A DNA stretch of 20,000 nt, taken from an uncultured virus (IMG/VR IMGVR_UViG_3300003876_000001) (taxonomy: Duplodnaviria; Heunggongvirae; Uroviricota; Caudoviricetes). The notes beneath the pieces are model-generated. The model ran no database searches. It had not been told where the DNA came from and saw only the letters and a list, made by a program, of their open reading frames with translations. Below are positions 17,550-20,000 of this stretch, in pieces. Within the stretch, counting starts at the first letter, position 1; every line of letters begins with the position of its first letter. The DNA is taken from the IMG/VR virus record IMGVR_UViG_3300003876_000001, positions 118,980-138,979 of that record; one strand, given 5' to 3'. The position numbers were made by a program, and so were the translations under genes.

Positions 17550-17636
17550 AGCGAGTTGGAGAAGTTGGTATCTCGCCTGTCTCATAAGCACGGAGTCCCT
17601 TTTGGGTTTACGCTGGTTCGAGTCCAGCACTCGCAA
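17550..17636 (+). tRNA. tRNA-Met/fMet-like (anticodon CAT) with a long variable arm
   Basis: Acceptor AGCGAGT/ACTCGCA-A (A1xA72 mismatch), D arm GAGA-AGTTGGTA-TCTC, anticodon loop CTCATAA (CAT at 17583-17585), 19-nt variable region, T arm GCTGG-TTCGAGT-CCAGC. CCA is not encoded. Confidence 0.85.
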
Positions 17637-17647
17637 CATATAAAATA

Positions 17648-17684
17648 GTTGACAAAACCACCTATGAGAGGTGGTTTTGTCAGC
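17648..17684. other. 16-bp hairpin downstream of the tRNA
   Basis: GTTGACAAAACCACCT-ATGAG-AGGTGGTTTTGTCAGC, fully paired with one G-U. Confidence 0.8.
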
Positions 17685-17747
17685 TAGAAAGCCCTGCTTG
17701 TAAAAATGGTGATTAGGTTCTCCCGAAATTAGTTAATAGTTTGATTT

Positions 17748-17782
17748 AAAAACCCATAGGACATTCCTATGGGTTTTTTTTT
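17748..17782 (+). terminator. Intrinsic (likely bidirectional) terminator closing the RNA operon
   Basis: AAAAACCCATAGGA-CAT-TCCTATGGG followed by T9. Confidence 0.9.
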
Positions 17783-17822
17783 GTTTAATCTAAAATATTC
17801 TGGTTTTCTTTATTTTTATTAT

Positions 17823-17831
17823 GTATTTATA
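17823..17831 (+). promoter_or_regulatory. Putative phage late-promoter motif GTATTTATA
   Basis: Lies after the terminator and about 90 nt upstream of the virion-protein genes. Confidence 0.5.
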
Positions 17832-17922
17832 TACAAATAATCGATATAAACTTCGATTTTTTTTGTAACTCACTGGACGGTCAATGTGTTACGTTAATTA
17901 GAAAGGAAATAAAATATATAAT

Positions 17923-18987
17923 ATGCCATTTTTCACAAGACCAGAACTTATTGATGAACAATTTAAACAATTAGCTGGCACAACTTTAACGCTTAGTGGT
18001 ACAACTAATTTTGTTGGTATTCTTCAATCTAAAGGTGTAGAAATTGATGCAACTATCACAGGATCAAGTGCATTAGTTAATGGTTATGTTTTAACATATA
18101 ACGATTCATTAAGTAGAATAGTTTTAGAACCATCAACATCTGGTGGAACAGGATTTTATAATTTAGCATCACCATCTACAATAACTGTTGGTGGTATTCC
18201 AGCAGGTACTACACTTACAGGTAAACCATTAGAACAACTATGGGAAGATTTATTAGTAGTATATCAAGTACCAACATTTACTTTATTTAATAATAATATT
18301 AGTTTATTAAATCAAGTAGGTAATCCAGTTTCATGGTCAGGTTCAAAAACATTTAATTGGAACACAACAAATTCTGGAAATGTTCAACCTAACAGTATTG
18401 AAATTATTGATGTTACTAATGGTAATGCTATTTTAGGTACTGGACTCGCAAATGATGGTAATGAAAGTTTAGCATTAGGAATAACAATAAATAATAATAT
18501 TCCAATATCACATACATGGGGTGTTAAGGGTACAAATACTGAAGCTAATCCTATGGGACAAAAGAATTATACAATAACATCAATTTATCCTTGGTTTTTT
18601 GGAAAGATAAGTTCAGGTGGTGCACCTTCAGGTAGTAATAGACCTGATCCTACTAATCCAGTAACAGCACAATCATTAATAGATAATGGAAATATTGTTG
18701 TTGGAAATAGTAATGGAACTATTGTAGTAAATAGTTTCGCTGGAACACCAGATGATTATATATGGTTTGCAATTCCAAGTACATCAACATCAAAACTAAA
18801 ATGGTATGTAAATGGATTAGATAATGGTACTATTGGTGGTGCAGTTTCTCCAGCAGGTAATTTATTCCCAGACCCTGCAATACCAAATGTAGATTCACCT
18901 AGTGCATATTGGAATGGAATACAATATAAAATATATTTGAGTAATAAACAAGTTAATTCAACTTATATGGAATTTAGAAATAATTAA
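17923..18987 (+). CDS. Gly/Thr/Asn-rich virion structural protein (fibre/decoration-like)
   Basis: Beta-rich, low-charge composition; shares a ~45-aa module with the next ORF. Confidence 0.7.
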   Translation: MPFFTRPELIDEQFKQLAGTTLTLSGTTNFVGILQSKGVEIDATITGSSALVNGYVLTYNDSLSRIVLEPSTSGGTGFYNLASPSTITVGGIPAGTTLTGKPLEQLWEDLLVVYQVPTFTLFNNNISLLNQVGNPVSWSGSKTFNWNTTNSGNVQPNSIEIIDVTNGNAILGTGLANDGNESLALGITINNNIPISHTWGVKGTNTEANPMGQKNYTITSIYPWFFGKISSGGAPSGSNRPDPTNPVTAQSLIDNGNIVVGNSNGTIVVNSFAGTPDDYIWFAIPSTSTSKLKWYVNGLDNGTIGGAVSPAGNLFPDPAIPNVDSPSAYWNGIQYKIYLSNKQVNSTYMEFRNN

Positions 18988-18989
18988 TT

Positions 18990-20000
18990 ATGGCAATACA
19001 ATTAAGTGATAATTTAAAGATAAATGTAGGTGCACCAATAGATGAAAAATATCTTAGTGCTGCTAATTCACCATATATTGACACTAATGAAGTTAATACC
19101 AAGATTCCTATTGCTCAAAGGTATTTAGGATTGACAGTTAATATTGCTAATGTTGAATATTGGTATGAATTAGGTGTAAGTAATGGTAACTTAGTTATTA
19201 AGGGTTCTGGTGGTGGAAGTGGTTCTGGTGAAAGAATTGAAAAAATTGTTAATCAAGTTGCACACGGTTTTGGAATTGGTGATGTCATCACATATTCTGG
19301 TGGTACATATATTAAAGCAATTGCTGATGGTACACAAGGTGGTGAGGTAATTGGTTTTGTTAGTCAGGTTAATACTATTGATGAATTTATTGTAGTATAT
19401 GCTGGTTATCTTGAGGGTGCTAGTATAAGTGGACTTGTTTTAAATCCAAGTACAACATATTATCTTTCAACAAGTACAGCAGGTGGAATACAATCAACAG
19501 ATCCAACAGTATTTGGTCAAATATCAAAACCAATATTGGTAACTTTTGATAATAATAGTGCATTAATCTATCAATATAGAGGTTTTGTAATATCATCAGG
19601 AGCAACAGGTGGTGGTGTAACATCAGGTATTAGTAGTATGGAAAATATTGGTTTGGGTACTGGTGAAATATTTTCAGGAATAACAAGTGGTATTAATGGT
19701 GAAACTGCACAAATAAGAACATTATTAGGTTCTGGTAATACAAATGTAACAACATCTGGTGACACTGTAATAATTACATCATCAGGTGCTACTGGAATTT
19801 ATAATAGTGCATCACCTTCAAATATTGATGTTGGTGGAATTACAACAGGTACTGTTTTAACAGGTAGAACCGTAGAAAATATTATTGAAGAAATGTTAGT
19901 AACAACATTTTTTCCAACATTAGTTGCACCTGATAATACGTTTGCAGATGATACTACAAATATACAAGAAGTTGGTATAACCGCAGGTACAATTAATTTC
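18990..20000 (+). CDS. Gly/Thr-rich virion structural protein (tail-fibre-like), 3' truncated by the window end
   Basis: ATG at 18990 (MAIQLSDNLKINVGAPIDEKY...RYLGLTVNIANVEYWY...HGFGIGDVI...YYLSTSTAG...) and open to 20000; absent from the ORF track because it has no stop in the window. Confidence 0.85.
   Translation, partial: MAIQLSDNLKINVGAPIDEKYLSAANSPYIDTNEVNTKIPIAQRYLGLTVNIANVEYWYELGVSNGNLVIKGSGGGSGSGERIEKIVNQVAHGFGIGDVITYSGGTYIKAIADGTQGGEVIGFVSQVNTIDEFIVVYAGYLEGASISGLVLNPSTTYYLSTSTAGGIQSTDPTVFGQISKPILVTFDNNSALIYQYRGFVISSGATGGGVTSGISSMENIGLGTGEIFSGITSGINGETAQIRTLLGSGNTNVTTSGDTVIITSSGATGIYNSASPSNIDVGGITTGTVLTGRTVENIIEEMLVTTFFPTLVAPDNTFADDTTNIQEVGITAGTINF

Noticed and set aside
17839..17892. 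Riboswitch in the leader of the 17923 gene (hairpins AATCGA..TCGATT and GTAAC..GTTAC)
   Set aside because: Only two short imperfect stems with no recognisable aptamer consensus.
1..20000. Genome-wide stop-codon reassignment (TGA=Trp or TAG=Gln)
   Set aside because: Long genes are intact under code 11 and use TGG for Trp. TGA ends genes in ATGA overlaps (2426-2429, 3439-3442, 12822-12825) and TAG ends genes at 718 and 4862.

Overview
AT-rich segment that looks like a large (jumbo/T4-like) phage genome, with all credible genes on the + strand. Three TTG-N20/21-TAnnTTTG promoters and A-rich leaders lacking Shine-Dalgarno motifs point to a Bacteroidota host (inference). The order is: (1) a nucleotide-sugar cluster (DegT-family aminotransferase, Gmd, GT-like protein, WecB, HldE-type heptose kinase); (2) a decayed homing-endonuclease-like remnant; (3) very acidic probable head proteins, two sharing a near-identical N-terminal leader, then a frameshifted virion-type gene; (4) a replication/recombination module (gp32-like SSB behind a 15-bp ATG-TAA tandem array, RecA/UvsX, 5'-3' flap exonuclease, an internally duplicated unknown, DnaB/gp41 helicase); (5) a ~1.3 kb non-coding RNA operon; (6) two Gly/Thr-rich virion proteins. 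The RNA operon is the stand-out: promoter, aberrant Ala-type tRNA-like RNA, boxA-like motif, a ~825-nt highly structured GOLLD-like RNA, a small stem-closed element, a tRNA(CAT) with an unusual long variable arm, a 16-bp hairpin and a terminator. All family assignments come from motif recognition by eye; no searches were run.
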